A stretch of DNA of 64,000 bases from Albugo candida. Its lineage: Eukaryota. The position numbers and the translations under genes were made by a program. The stretch lies in the NCBI GenBank assembly GCA_040437565.1, contig JBDOQK010000035.1, forward strand, positions 1 through 64,000, given 5' to 3'. This document shows positions 39,194 to 50,463 of the stretch, piece after piece. The notes under the pieces were generated by a model. It saw only the letters and a program-made list of their open reading frames with translations, made no database searches and had not been told where the DNA came from. Position 1 is the first letter of the stretch; each line of letters begins with the position of its first letter.

Positions 39194-39966
39194 CTAACAG
39201 CATCGATTTTTGTGCTGTACACCTCCGTACGGATCCAGGATTTCAGGAAGTGCATTTGTTTCCGCCGCAGCTACCGGTAGCTGTTTACTGATGCTGATAA
39301 ACAGATCCGACACATTTGTGTCCTCTTTGGCACTGGTTTCGATAAAAAGAGCCCCAATTTCGTCAGCATACGCCTTTGCTTGAGCCGACGGTACCTCCTA
39401 CAGAGTACTCAGATCAGACATTCTAAAAAACTGCGAGTACTGAAGCTACGTACGCGTTTGTCTTCCAAATCACTTTTATTCCCAGCAATTGCTATCACAA
39501 TGTTCTCCGGTCCTAACTGCTTCAATTCTTTCACCCAATTCTTCAACGTTGCTAATGATTGCTACAAAAGTGAGATGTCGGCATCTCAATACAACGGAGA
39601 GATTATGATCCTTTCCACTTACCTTCCGAGTGATGTCGTACACCACGATCGCGGCTGCAGCACCACGGTAATACATTGGCGCTAAGCTGTGATACTAAGC
39701 ATCTTAAATGAGTATACCACCATTTCTACCATTCATACATTCGAATCTATCACCTTTTCTTGACCCGCTGTATCCCAAATTTGGTACTTGATCGGTGTGT
39801 TTTCGACCATAATCATTTTGGACATGAAAGAAGCTCCTATTGTCGATTCAGAATACGGCCGAAAATTGTTTGTGACGAATCGCAGGACAAGAGACGACTT
39901 GCCAACTCCTGTGTCTCCTAACAGAACAACTTTCACTTCGCGCGCTTTCACTTGATTTTCAACCAT
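39194..39966 (-). CDS. Rab5-family (Rab22/31-like) small GTPase, 4 exons
   Basis: [47 protein letters not shown] and C-terminal NRCC*. GT-AG introns at 39753-39695, 39622-39562 and ~39453-39398. Confidence 0.93.
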
Positions 39967-40152
39967 AAGACTTTATATCGGCAAGTGATTTGTGTAATTA
40001 GTAACAATAATGATTCTGTATAGAGTATGACACGTCGTTGAGAGGAAAGCGTTTATACTTGATCTAGTCACGCTTTGATTTCTTTGCTTCTTTTCAGTTG
40101 CAGGATGGGTCTACAAATAAAAAGTTAACAGATATTGTAACCAAAATCGACC

Positions 40153-43035
40153 ATGAGCGAGGAAAATGGATCAATTTCATCTTTTTCAGAAGACGATGCA
40201 GAGGACTTGGATTTGAAAGAAGAGGAGGTACCTGAATGCTGTCAGCATATACTTAGCATAACGAATGACTGTAAGCATCTGTCGTATGACCACTATATCA
40301 ACGCGCTTGATCACTTTAGAACACATAATGCGAGCAGATCATTTCCTACGTCCAGCATCTATTCCAACGCGATGCTTGCGATCTTTCCTCATTTTCACCG
40401 TGAATTTCCTCTCAGCGATACATTGCATCGCGAGTGGATGGAACTAAGGATTCAATCGTTTACGATTGAGAGAGATGGAGAATGGACGCTTACATGGGAT
40501 GCGTTTTTGACCATTAGACATTTGTTTGAAGGCGCCTGTGCAGATTACCGGTCCGTAGATTTGGCACTTTGGTATTTACAAAATTCTCAGCAGATTGAAG
40601 ATTGTGACTGGAAATGTCTGGAAGAAGATTTGCTAATGGTAGCCGACACGATTGGTCTCCATTATTCTCGTGGTGATGAGATCTGGGTAGCTTGCCGAGA
40701 GTGGTACATGCAGTCTGAGATAACAATGGAGTCTCGAATTGCTAAAATTGATGCACTTTACCGTCGGCAATTACAAATACCACTACAGCAGAATGATCTG
40801 GTGCTTTCCGAGTATCGATCGTGGTACTCTCACAACTCACACGTATTATCGAATGCGATGCAAGATGGAGATCCTTTAGAAAAGGCTACATCGACGCAGA
40901 GGATCTATAGTCGCTCTTTTGGGAGAAAACTCGCCCATTTCGAGCAAGTTTTGACTGAAGCATTGCAGCTGGAGACTGAGAAACCTGGAAGCTTGGAACA
41001 ATCGTGGCTTGTATATCTCGAATTTGTGCTATCAAATGTGATTCCTGTGATCAATAGACACCAGGGATGTGAAGACGAGAAAGAAGATATCGGCCTGAAG
41101 TTTATGCAAGTGTTCTACGAGCGAGCGATCAAGGATATTTGCATGAGTTCGTCTATTTGGACTCGATATATTCAGTTTCTTCAAAAACATAAAAATGCAA
41201 GTGTCTGTCAGCTCCAAAGTATCTGTGAAAGAAGCGTCCGGAATGTCTATATGGACTCGTCGCTGTGGTGCCAGTGCATTCTTGTGTACGAGCAGGGCCG
41301 GGAATATGATCGGCTTGATCGCTTTTTGGAAAATCAGCTTTTTGAGCGACAAAGCCCACAAAATCCCGTCATGGACGAACATCATGCAATATCTGTGTTA
41401 TTGATGTATTGTGATACCGCTCGACGCCGCTGCTTTGACACCAAGAATCTCGAAGGGCTTGTGCGTTTACGAAATGTCTTTAATAAATCGATCGACTTCT
41501 TCGTTCAGAGTTATCCCGATTCATCAGTATATCAATTCCAGCTGCAAAGTTACCGTCTTCATTGCGAGTTCTTATTCGAAGAACAAGGAAGCGCATTAGT
41601 ACCAACACCACATTCGAGCAATGAGAGTGATTGGGAGGAAGGCTGGGAGAAAATACTCGCATCTAGATCCAGTCAAGTGGTCGTCTGGATGCAGTACTAT
41701 CGAGCCTTATTGATTAGACGTCGTATACGCTATTTGGAATCCGATTCAGACCGTACTGGCCTCAATACGACTACTGTTGTTTATCCAAGTCAGCTTGGAA
41801 TCCAAGCAGTTCGTAAGAGCTGTTTCGAACGAGCCATTCAATCCGTCCAGGACACTCCACTGGTTGTTTTCGAAGCCTGGCACACATTTGAACGGGAACA
41901 TGGAGATCTCCCTTCGTTCCTCCGCGCCAGGAATCTATACACAGAAGCCCTTGAACAGCATACAAAAAATGCAAAGTCTCCCAAGGTGGCGACTGAAGAG
42001 AGCTTGATTGAAATTTCTTCCAGAAAGCGACCACGTCAACAAATTACAGGAAGCTCCGTCAGCAGATTAAGATCCAAGAAATCAGACACTGGGTCTACTA
42101 AAAAGGAAAGCTGTCAAAAAGAGTGTTTGACAGCGCATTTCGACGAAACACATACTGTGTTTGTGAGCAATATCGATAAAGAGGTCACAGAAGATCGATT
42201 GCGATCCGCTATCGCTGAATCTGTTCCAAGTGTCCAGGCTGTTCGCTTGGTGGCAAAGAAGAGAGCGCATGGTCTTAAATCGAGAGGATTTGCATATATG
42301 AGCTTTGCGGACGAAGAGAGCTGTCAGGCTGCTCTCAAACTCGACGGATTGGTCGTGTATGGTAAGCCAATTAGCATTCAGCCGTACGACATGTCGATTG
42401 CAGATGCATCGAATCCATCACCTCCAAAGAATGATGAAGGGCGGGCAAAGCGTACGCTTTATATCGGCAACTTGCAAATGATTTTAGCGAGTAATACAAT
42501 TCGGGGAAATGCGTCGGCGCTGAAATGTGTTTTACAGGACGCAGTCTCGCAGTCAGTCGATACATCCGAACTCAAAAATATATATGTTCCTCAAGAACAA
42601 CGCGGAAATCGTCATGCGAAGAAGTACGCTTTGGTGGAGTTTACGTCTGAAGACGTTGTAGACCGAATTTTGTCCCGGGAGGAGCAACAGCTCTTTCAGC
42701 AGAAAATATGCTCGTGTGCCGACGTCAACGCTGAGGAGAAGAACTTCTCGATTACATTAAGGAGATCTCACATGTCGATAAAAAAGATCAAAGAACAGTC
42801 CCAACAGAAAAGAAAGAAATCAAAAGGACAAAGCAGTCAAAAGGTCAATGCGTACGAGACCAACATTCCCGCACAGCAATCAAATCTCATAGATTTAAGA
42901 CCGCGATCCATCAACCGTAAAAAGAAAGAGAAACTGAAACTTCAGAGCGGTACAGAGGAGATGAAAATGGAGCCTATTGCAAGTATGAAAAGCAACCAAG
43001 ACTTTCGCGAGCTGTTCCTGAATGTAGGAAAGTAG
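40153..43035 (+). CDS. SART3: SART3/Prp24-like U4/U6 snRNP recycling factor (HAT repeats, two RRMs, Lsm-interaction motif)
   Basis: 960 aa; HAT repeats (LYRRQLQIPL, FYERAI, W..FEREHG); RRM TVFVSNI...SRGFAYMSF; second RRM TLYIGNL...YALVEF; C-terminal MKSNQDFRELF. Confidence 0.88.
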   Translation: MSEENGSISSFSEDDAEDLDLKEEEVPECCQHILSITNDCKHLSYDHYINALDHFRTHNASRSFPTSSIYSNAMLAIFPHFHREFPLSDTLHREWMELRIQSFTIERDGEWTLTWDAFLTIRHLFEGACADYRSVDLALWYLQNSQQIEDCDWKCLEEDLLMVADTIGLHYSRGDEIWVACREWYMQSEITMESRIAKIDALYRRQLQIPLQQNDLVLSEYRSWYSHNSHVLSNAMQDGDPLEKATSTQRIYSRSFGRKLAHFEQVLTEALQLETEKPGSLEQSWLVYLEFVLSNVIPVINRHQGCEDEKEDIGLKFMQVFYERAIKDICMSSSIWTRYIQFLQKHKNASVCQLQSICERSVRNVYMDSSLWCQCILVYEQGREYDRLDRFLENQLFERQSPQNPVMDEHHAISVLLMYCDTARRRCFDTKNLEGLVRLRNVFNKSIDFFVQSYPDSSVYQFQLQSYRLHCEFLFEEQGSALVPTPHSSNESDWEEGWEKILASRSSQVVVWMQYYRALLIRRRIRYLESDSDRTGLNTTTVVYPSQLGIQAVRKSCFERAIQSVQDTPLVVFEAWHTFEREHGDLPSFLRARNLYTEALEQHTKNAKSPKVATEESLIEISSRKRPRQQITGSSVSRLRSKKSDTGSTKKESCQKECLTAHFDETHTVFVSNIDKEVTEDRLRSAIAESVPSVQAVRLVAKKRAHGLKSRGFAYMSFADEESCQAALKLDGLVVYGKPISIQPYDMSIADASNPSPPKNDEGRAKRTLYIGNLQMILASNTIRGNASALKCVLQDAVSQSVDTSELKNIYVPQEQRGNRHAKKYALVEFTSEDVVDRILSREEQQLFQQKICSCADVNAEEKNFSITLRRSHMSIKKIKEQSQQKRKKSKGQSSQKVNAYETNIPAQQSNLIDLRPRSINRKKKEKLKLQSGTEEMKMEPIASMKSNQDFRELFLNVGK

Positions 43036-43148
43036 GCAAGGTAATGAAGTACCTTTGCTAACCCATATATTGTATAACGTAAATCTCTCGATAAGTCGAT
43101 GCACTGTCATGTTGAATAACTCAACGTCTCCAGCTTTGGAGATGAAAA

Positions 43149-44363
43149 ATGAAGATTGAAAATCAATTGATTGATAATCGCGAGAACAAATGCGTCGACT
43201 TTGCCGAACAGAATACTAAGCCATCGGGTACCGCTTTGGTTCAAACTCCAGGAAAAAAGTTTGCGGAAATACAAGCACAGACGATGGATACTATCAATCT
43301 TCAACATAAAAAGCTAATACAAAGGTTTATACCAAATTTCTTACAATATCGGGCTCAAACATGTACTACATTCTAGCGGAAGTGAAGTATCTCAAGACAT
43401 CCGCCAATTTCGTACACAACTGATTGACCAACTCCGAAGCGAGCGATATCTCTCGTCAAATTCCGATTGGATTGGCAGTCTCCGCACCAAGACAGCATCC
43501 ATTTAGTATGTAACTACCATCAGAACCCTTCTATCGCTAACTACGCATCGCTGTAGTGACGATCTGGANNNNNNNNNNNNNNNNNNNNNNNNNNNNNNNN
43601 NNNNNNNNNNNNNNNNNNNNNNNNNNNNNNNNNNNNNNNNNNNNNNNNNNNNNNNNNNNNNNNNNNNNAGTATCTCAAGACATCCGCCAATTTCGTACAC
43701 AACTGATTGACCAACTCCGAAGCGAGCGATATCTCTCGTCAAATTCCGATTGGATTGGCAGTCTCCGCACCAAGACAGCATCCATTTAGTATGTAACTAC
43801 CATCAGAACCCTTCTATCGCTAACTACGCATCGCTGTAGTGACGATCTGGAAGGAATCGCAGAGGATCTATCCAAGCTGGAAGACGTACTAAGGTACACC
43901 AACAACACGTTCGCTGTCGCAACTGATTCTCTATGAAGCTTGCGTCTGGAGGAGAATGTAGCAATGAAGAATGCGACTTTTGCGAGTCAACAGGTACGTC
44001 AGCGTCATTAAGCCCGTACTCAACTTATCACATCTCCAGCAAGAATCATTGGAGCAATTCGAGCAAGAGCTTTTGCGTGAAAGAGAAGAACGAAAATTGC
44101 AGATATTAGACGATGAAAGAAGGGCTTTAGATCAAGTCTTTCAGAATGACTTGAAGACTTATCAGGCAGTAAGAGACTACCTGGGTGTCAGCTATTCATC
44201 AGGTACACATGTAAAAGCGTGTCAGCTTTTTTCTGATAGGTTTCTAGTTGCTAGAAGCCAGGATCCTGGACCTCACACTCTGGAAGATGTCGATTTGGTG
44301 GTGTCTGCCGATGCAGCACAATTAGAGAACTTTTATAAATCATCTGAAAGTGAAGCAGAGTGA
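43149..44363 (+). CDS. Multi-exon coiled-coil protein, putative dysbindin (BLOC-1 subunit)-like
   Basis: Exon fragments give a coiled-coil protein ending DERRALDQVFQNDLKTY...TLEDVDL...QLENFY, similar in pattern to the dysbindin C-terminal region as I recall it. Spans the gap duplication at 43387-43850. Confidence 0.5.
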
Positions 44364-45144
44364 GGTTCTCGTTCATTGCGAAAATTGAAAATGGACACTA
44401 CTCCCTCTATAATTTTATTAAATGTCTGACAGTGAATGCGTTCTGATCCATACGAAAGAAATTGAATTACACAGAGAAAGCAGGCGGCTCCGAATATTTG
44501 GGACCGTCGAACCCTTTCTGATCCAATTGGAAATTGTTGGTCTCCGCGGACGTTGCCGTTGGTATGAGACAATGCGATCGAGCGGACGTGCTATTCAGTA
44601 CTCTTTGAACGGTTGCTCTTTGGTGCGAAACATTACACAATCATTGATATTACAGACAGTGATACGGATCTTCCCGTCACTACATCAGCGTGCAGCGTCC
44701 CGTTTTGTCGACTCGTTTGCTGTCTTGAGAGTATACGGTTTGCTTTTATCTTGCTTTTGACTATTACGTGTACGTTAGTAAGAGCAAATACTCTATACAA
44801 ATTGCAAATAGAGCCGCCGAGCATCCGACCGCACACACAGAACCCTGCGATTGCACAGCCGCCATTTATTTTCTCTTCGCGGATTGGTTCAAACACCTTG
44901 TGACGACATCTGATAACTGGTGGTAAATAGGTTGAAGTACAAGCGGGGAAGGTCTAGAATGATGGTAATGTCTCATAGCGCAAGTAATTGGATAATTGAA
45001 ATACAACAAAATTTAGTTTGATGGTCGCAAAGGCATTTGACTGAGGACAGGAAAAAGAGTTGAACCAAGCACAAGAATATCGTAGTATCAGAAAAATCTA
45101 GAAACCTCGTCTGCGAGAGATCCTTATAATTCGTATACCGAGAA

Positions 45145-46044
45145 ATGGTTGCGACGAACGCAATCCCACGCGATACAAGCGGGTGCTCTTCGATGGGCGC
45201 ACTGAAAAGACCTGAAAATGAGAATTGGCGCGGAAAGTATCTGCGTGCGCTCAACATATATGCGCCACAAGTAGAATATTCGATGAACAACAAAAAAGGT
45301 CGAGTGATTTCACCTTCATACAATTCAAAAAAGCAAATTGAATTGCAGTTTAATTGGGATGATTGGAAGCAATTCAACCGCACGACCGCATCAATTCCAG
45401 AATCGAATTTCCATACCGATAAGCGATCGCGTGTTTTTGGTAAGAATTGGACTGATGCGAAGAGCCACCGATTGGTCAAAGGGGATGATGCTATCTCATC
45501 TCCCATTGAGATTCCATTCACAGGATCAATAGAAGGCAGCAAGAAACGTGCACCTTGCATCTTATATGGGAGCAAATCACTGTGTGGATCGAAGCAGTCC
45601 GATAGAGACTTGTGCACGAAAAGAGAAAGTCGTACGCTAGATGGTGGTGAAATGCAGAAGAAACAGCCGAGTATAGAAGAAGGTGCTAGTGCGGTATCGT
45701 CTCGGAGTAGCAATGCTAAAGAGGACGGAGAGGATGATGATTTGGACAGCGGTATATTTCAGATGGAAGGATTAGAATACGAAAAGTATCCTGGCTCAAC
45801 TTGTTCGGGATCATCGTATTGCTCATCCACGACACCATCTCTTACGCGAGCAAGGAGATGGGTTTCTGTGGACGATGCAAATTGGCTCGATTCTTCAATC
45901 ACAAATCAGGATATAGATTCAATGGGAACAACACGCTTTGGTCTTTCCGAATCCTTTGTACCACCTCACCAAATGGTCGAACGTGGCTGCTTTTCGTTGG
46001 GGTTACAACATGAACTCAAAACACGTCTTCCTGTCCAAATCTAA
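45145..46044 (+). CDS. Low-complexity protein with SSPIEIP, acidic-IFQME and FVPPHQ...FSLG motifs
   Basis: 299-aa intact ORF in the gene-dense region; motif order resembles senescence regulator S40 (DUF584)-like proteins. Confidence 0.7.
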   Translation: MVATNAIPRDTSGCSSMGALKRPENENWRGKYLRALNIYAPQVEYSMNNKKGRVISPSYNSKKQIELQFNWDDWKQFNRTTASIPESNFHTDKRSRVFGKNWTDAKSHRLVKGDDAISSPIEIPFTGSIEGSKKRAPCILYGSKSLCGSKQSDRDLCTKRESRTLDGGEMQKKQPSIEEGASAVSSRSSNAKEDGEDDDLDSGIFQMEGLEYEKYPGSTCSGSSYCSSTTPSLTRARRWVSVDDANWLDSSITNQDIDSMGTTRFGLSESFVPPHQMVERGCFSLGLQHELKTRLPVQI

Positions 46045-46138
46045 ATCAAACGCGCATATTTAATAACTTATAAAATCTAATGCAAGATGTTTTTCTGCAA
46101 TACCTGTATCCTTCTTTACCCAGACATACCGGTATCTC

Positions 46139-47938
46139 ATGCTCGTCGCAATGCATTGTCGTCTATCGCGTCACTTCGGTGGCCATTTCTGTAGCTCCTG
46201 GACATATTTACGACCTACTCGTTTGCTTCCCATAATCTCCATCACCTCTTCTTCCCATACATATCATTCTACGCCTTCAATTCAAGCAAAATCGCCCAAT
46301 ATTAACCGTGGAATCTCAACTGATATAATCTGCCATTTACGTGATGTCGGGGTCACAATTCCTGGTGGAAAGATGCTTTTCGATAATTTGGGAATGAACT
46401 TTATCCGTGGAGCGAAAATCGGTATTCTCGGGTCCAATGGAAGTGGAAAATCGACGCTATTGAAAATAATAGCTGGCGTTCGTCGAGATTTCGATGGAGA
46501 TCGATGGATCAAAGCCGAGACGCGTGTTGGCTACTTACCCCAAGAACCCATTTTAGACCCATCCAAAACAGTGTATGAGAACATAATGGACGGCTTACAG
46601 CAGTGTCAAAGTCTCATGAACGCATTCGACAAAATATCAATTGATATGGGGGAACCAGACGCCGATTTTGATCGTTTACTGCAAGAACAAGGAGATCTGC
46701 AAGAGCGTATCGATCAATTGGGATGCTGGGAATTATCTCATGAAATTGAACGAGCGATGCAAGCGCTTCGTGTGCCTCCAAAAGACTCGAGTGTGGTGAC
46801 ATTATCAGGTGGCGAACGTCGTCGAGTAGCGTTATGTCGTCTTCTACTTGAGAAGCCGGACATTCTCCTTTTGGATGAGCCTACGAATCATTTAGATGCT
46901 GCATCGGTTGCGTGGTTGGAAGCATATCTGATGAATTATAAGGGAACTGTAATTGCTGTCACACACGATCGCTACTTTCTCGACAATGTTGTCGGGTGGA
47001 TTCTCGAGCTCGATCGTGGGCAAACATTTGTGTATGAGGGAAACTATACCAAGTGGCTTGAGCAGAAGCAAAATCGACTCAACACTCAGCAAAAGAGCGA
47101 TATCGTTCGTGCCAAACAGATCGCAAAGGAATTAGAATGGACGAGAACGCATCAAGGCAATAAGAAAGGGAATAAGGCTCGTGCTCGTAAACTACAAAGT
47201 ATCGATGCAACACGTCAATCACGAATCACAGAAGGACAAATCGTGATTCCTAATGGCCCTCGACTTGGCTCCAAGGTCATACAAGTTCGTAATGTGACCA
47301 AACGTATTCCCGAAAACAATCGTATTCTCTTCCAAAAAGTCAATTTCGATATTCCTCCCAATTCGATCGTTGGAATTGTTGGCGGAAATGGAACTGGAAA
47401 GTCAACGCTTTTGAAAGTAATCGCTGGGATCGAAATGCCCGATGAAGGCTCCGTGGAATTAGGAAAGACTGTATCACTTGGCGTCGTGAGTCAAACTCGA
47501 GATGAATTGCATAGTCGAAAAACTGTGTACGAGACGATCTCGCAAGATAACGACATTGTGGTACTGGAAGGTGGAGAGCAGATACATGCACGTGCATATA
47601 TTGCTGCTTTCAATTTGCGTGGTCCCATGCAGGAACGATACGTCTCGACACTGAGTGGTGGTGAGCGTAATCGTGTCCACTTGGCTCAAATGCTTCTTGG
47701 TGGTCATAATGTGATTCTGCTTGATGAACCGACGAATGATCTGGATGTGGAAACGCTTCGTTCTTTAGAGACGGCGCTGGTGGAAACGTTTGAAGGAGTA
47801 GCACTTGTCATTTCGCATGATCGATATTTTCTCGATCGGATTTGCACGCACATAATCGCATTTGAGACTGAAAAAGTACGCTTCTTTGATGGGAATTATT
47901 CCGAGTATGAACGTGCGAAAATGTCAAAGAAAAAATAG
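46139..47938 (+). CDS. ettA: ABC-F ATPase, EttA/ChvD-like, with N-terminal organellar (mitochondrial-type) presequence
   Basis: Two ABC domains (GSNGSGKST, LSGGERRR, LDEPTNHLD; GGNGTGKST, LSGGERNR, LDEPTNDLD) and no TM segments. EttA-type GAKIG, VGYLPQEP and ELEW linker. The first ~60 residues are R/S/T/H-rich with no acidic residues. Confidence 0.88.
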   Translation: MLVAMHCRLSRHFGGHFCSSWTYLRPTRLLPIISITSSSHTYHSTPSIQAKSPNINRGISTDIICHLRDVGVTIPGGKMLFDNLGMNFIRGAKIGILGSNGSGKSTLLKIIAGVRRDFDGDRWIKAETRVGYLPQEPILDPSKTVYENIMDGLQQCQSLMNAFDKISIDMGEPDADFDRLLQEQGDLQERIDQLGCWELSHEIERAMQALRVPPKDSSVVTLSGGERRRVALCRLLLEKPDILLLDEPTNHLDAASVAWLEAYLMNYKGTVIAVTHDRYFLDNVVGWILELDRGQTFVYEGNYTKWLEQKQNRLNTQQKSDIVRAKQIAKELEWTRTHQGNKKGNKARARKLQSIDATRQSRITEGQIVIPNGPRLGSKVIQVRNVTKRIPENNRILFQKVNFDIPPNSIVGIVGGNGTGKSTLLKVIAGIEMPDEGSVELGKTVSLGVVSQTRDELHSRKTVYETISQDNDIVVLEGGEQIHARAYIAAFNLRGPMQERYVSTLSGGERNRVHLAQMLLGGHNVILLDEPTNDLDVETLRSLETALVETFEGVALVISHDRYFLDRICTHIIAFETEKVRFFDGNYSEYERAKMSKKK

Positions 47939-48699
47939 CAAAAATTAGATTTCTCCCTCNNNNNNNNNNNNNNNNNNNNNNNNNNNNNNNNNNNNNNNNN
48001 NNNNNNNNNNNNNNNNNNNNNNNNNNNNNNNNNNNNNNNNNNNNNNNNNNNNNNNNNNNATTATTCCGAGTATGAACGTGCGAAAATGTCAAAGAAAAAA
48101 TAGCAAAAATTAGATTTCTCCCTCAGGTGACCTGCTGGTTTTTATAGTGGCTGAAGAATCCGAAGATTAAAATAAGTTTACCGGTGGAATTGGCTTCGAA
48201 ATCGACTTTTACTTCTTCGTTTTGCTTTGGAATTTCGAGAAATCCATCTATCAATACAGCGTTTTCTTGTGTCATTACAGCTCGATTTTGTGTGTGCGGG
48301 CTTTGTAGACATAGGAATTACTGTCTGATTATCAAACATAAACCTTCACAATCTCATGGTTGCCGAAATCTTCCAAAAGCGCACACAAAGGATCTATTAT
48401 CGTATCAAAATTGTATTCTTGCAATGGACAATGTAAGAGAAGCATTGTGTATTGCGCATTCGGTCGAATTGAACTGTTGACTTGTCAACAGTAGGGAATC
48501 ACTCTACTCGTCTCTTGATTGGAATCCTTTGATGCAAAACGATAAAGATGCGGTGGATGAACGATGGCATTTGACTCGATGCAAAACCTTAATTCAGCAT
48601 TGCGTCTGCATACATGAGATATGCTTAATTCGATTACATTTATAAGTTGGCTCTGATCATGAAATCAACATATCTCTCCGCACGCGCTAGACTATGAGA

Positions 48700-50121
48700 G
48701 AATTTCTACGCTCAAGCGATGAATAGGATCGTGGCGAGTGAGGCAATATTACCAGTTCAGCAGTACTGTCAACGACGCCATATCAGGTACTTACGGAACA
48801 AGAACAGTCTCGTGCGCAAACGATACGATATGGCAATCGCCGCAAGTTTCCATGTGACTTTCGAGACCAGCCAATACTTCGAGTTGATCGATTTTGTATG
48901 GTCGTTAATTTTCGTTTTTTCCAGTTAGTTTGTCGCTTAACGTGGCGGTGTTCTCTCTTCGCATGGAGCTATCGACTCCGTGACCATTGACTTGCCATTC
49001 CGCGCATAAGCTGTTTCGAGCGCAGATATGATACCTTCGAGTTGAGAGAAATGATAGAATGCTTCGGAAGCTTTTTTGTCGCACCCACTGACATGATTGA
49101 AGATACACTGTGCCCGGGAAAACGTTGATCGGCAGGATCCCGTCTTGGTGCCGTGTAATACTGCCGTTGCTCCCTGAAAACGTGAATGAATACCGCAGGT
49201 ATCTATTCCCTCTTCCCCTGCTTCCACGTCATATATCTCGACATGGTATCGCCAATGAATGGATGGAACATTTGAATTGTGTTGCCACCACTATCGACAC
49301 ATGCGACGATACTGTAGCATCCGGTAGGCGTCCGATCTCATCGAATGGCTACATATTATCACACTTTACAATTCTCAGATTGAGACAAAGCATTTGTACC
49401 TGTACTTTCGCTTCATATCCGATAACTACCGCATAATAGTTGGAGGCCCAATAGTCGATCCAATAACGTAATGTATTGCCTCGACATCGGCTACCCTGTC
49501 TGAGCAGCCTCATTGACCGCATCTTTGAGTGTCTCTGATCCTGAGCGAGTAGGGACGACTTTGATACCGGGCATTGACCTATGAAAGACATTTATTAAAT
49601 CCTTCTATGCGTTCAGGGTACAGTCTATATAGCCGAGAAGAAATGCAAATGAACCGTTCTGAGTATCACAGTATCCCATATAAGCGGCACAGTCCAAGCC
49701 CAAGAGAGCACAAGCGGCTGCCGTAGCAAATCCGTGTTATCCAGAACCGGATTCAACAAAAGCACGATGCTTTCCAAGTCCCTTTGCAAGAACGGCTTGA
49801 GCGATAGCGTTATAGATNNNNNNNNNNNNNNNNNNNNNNNNNNNNNNNNNNNNNNNNNNNNNNNNNNNNNNNNNNNNNNNNNNNNNNNNNNNNNNNNNNN
49901 NNNNNNNNNNNNNNNNNCGTTCTGAGTATCACAGTATCCCATATAAGCGGCACAGTCCAAGCCCAAGAGAGCACAAGCGGCTGCCGTAGCAAATCCGTGT
50001 TATCCAGAACCGGATTCAACAAAAGCACGATGCTTTCCAAGTCCCTTTGCAAGAACGGCTTGAGCGATAGCGTTATAGATTCTATGCGCTCATATGCGAT
50101 CAAAGCTCGCATTTTAGCCAT
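48700..50121 (-). CDS. Possible multi-exon gene of unknown function
   Basis: ATG at 50121 with consecutive minus-strand ORF pieces and candidate GT-AG introns. No domain recognised; 3' end uncertain. Confidence 0.3.
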
Positions 50122-50463
50122 GGTTGCGCAACATTACAGTGTTTTGTGAGCCGTTCCGCAAAGTACAGACTAATAATGTAATTTTTCTTGCAAGCTTTGT
50201 GCTTGTACTACGGTTTCTGCAACAAAGCATTCGCTTTGGACGAAAGTAGGCATTCAGTTCCGAGACAGGAGAATACACAATAGGGTGCATTGGTGCCGCG
50301 CAAGTGCCGCTCAGGTGTGTCGGTTTTTGTGGACGATACTTTGATGGTCATGTGGATCGATGGACGGACAAGAAACCACGCCCAGCGTGCTTTGTATTTC
50401 ACAACATAAACACTGAGAAAGAAGAGAACCTTATCAAGAGCATCACGTCCTGTGGTTTATTCT

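Noticed and set aside
44422-44903. Small ORF with RLRIFGT, reminiscent of a TEN1/RPA3-like OB-fold protein
   Set aside because: I could not build a consistent spliced model, and the similarity is too short to support a call.
44973-45713. 246-aa antisense ORF, and similar antisense ORFs over LysRS, the MFS transporter and the SET gene
   Set aside because: Shadow ORFs opposite well-supported genes, with no motifs of their own.
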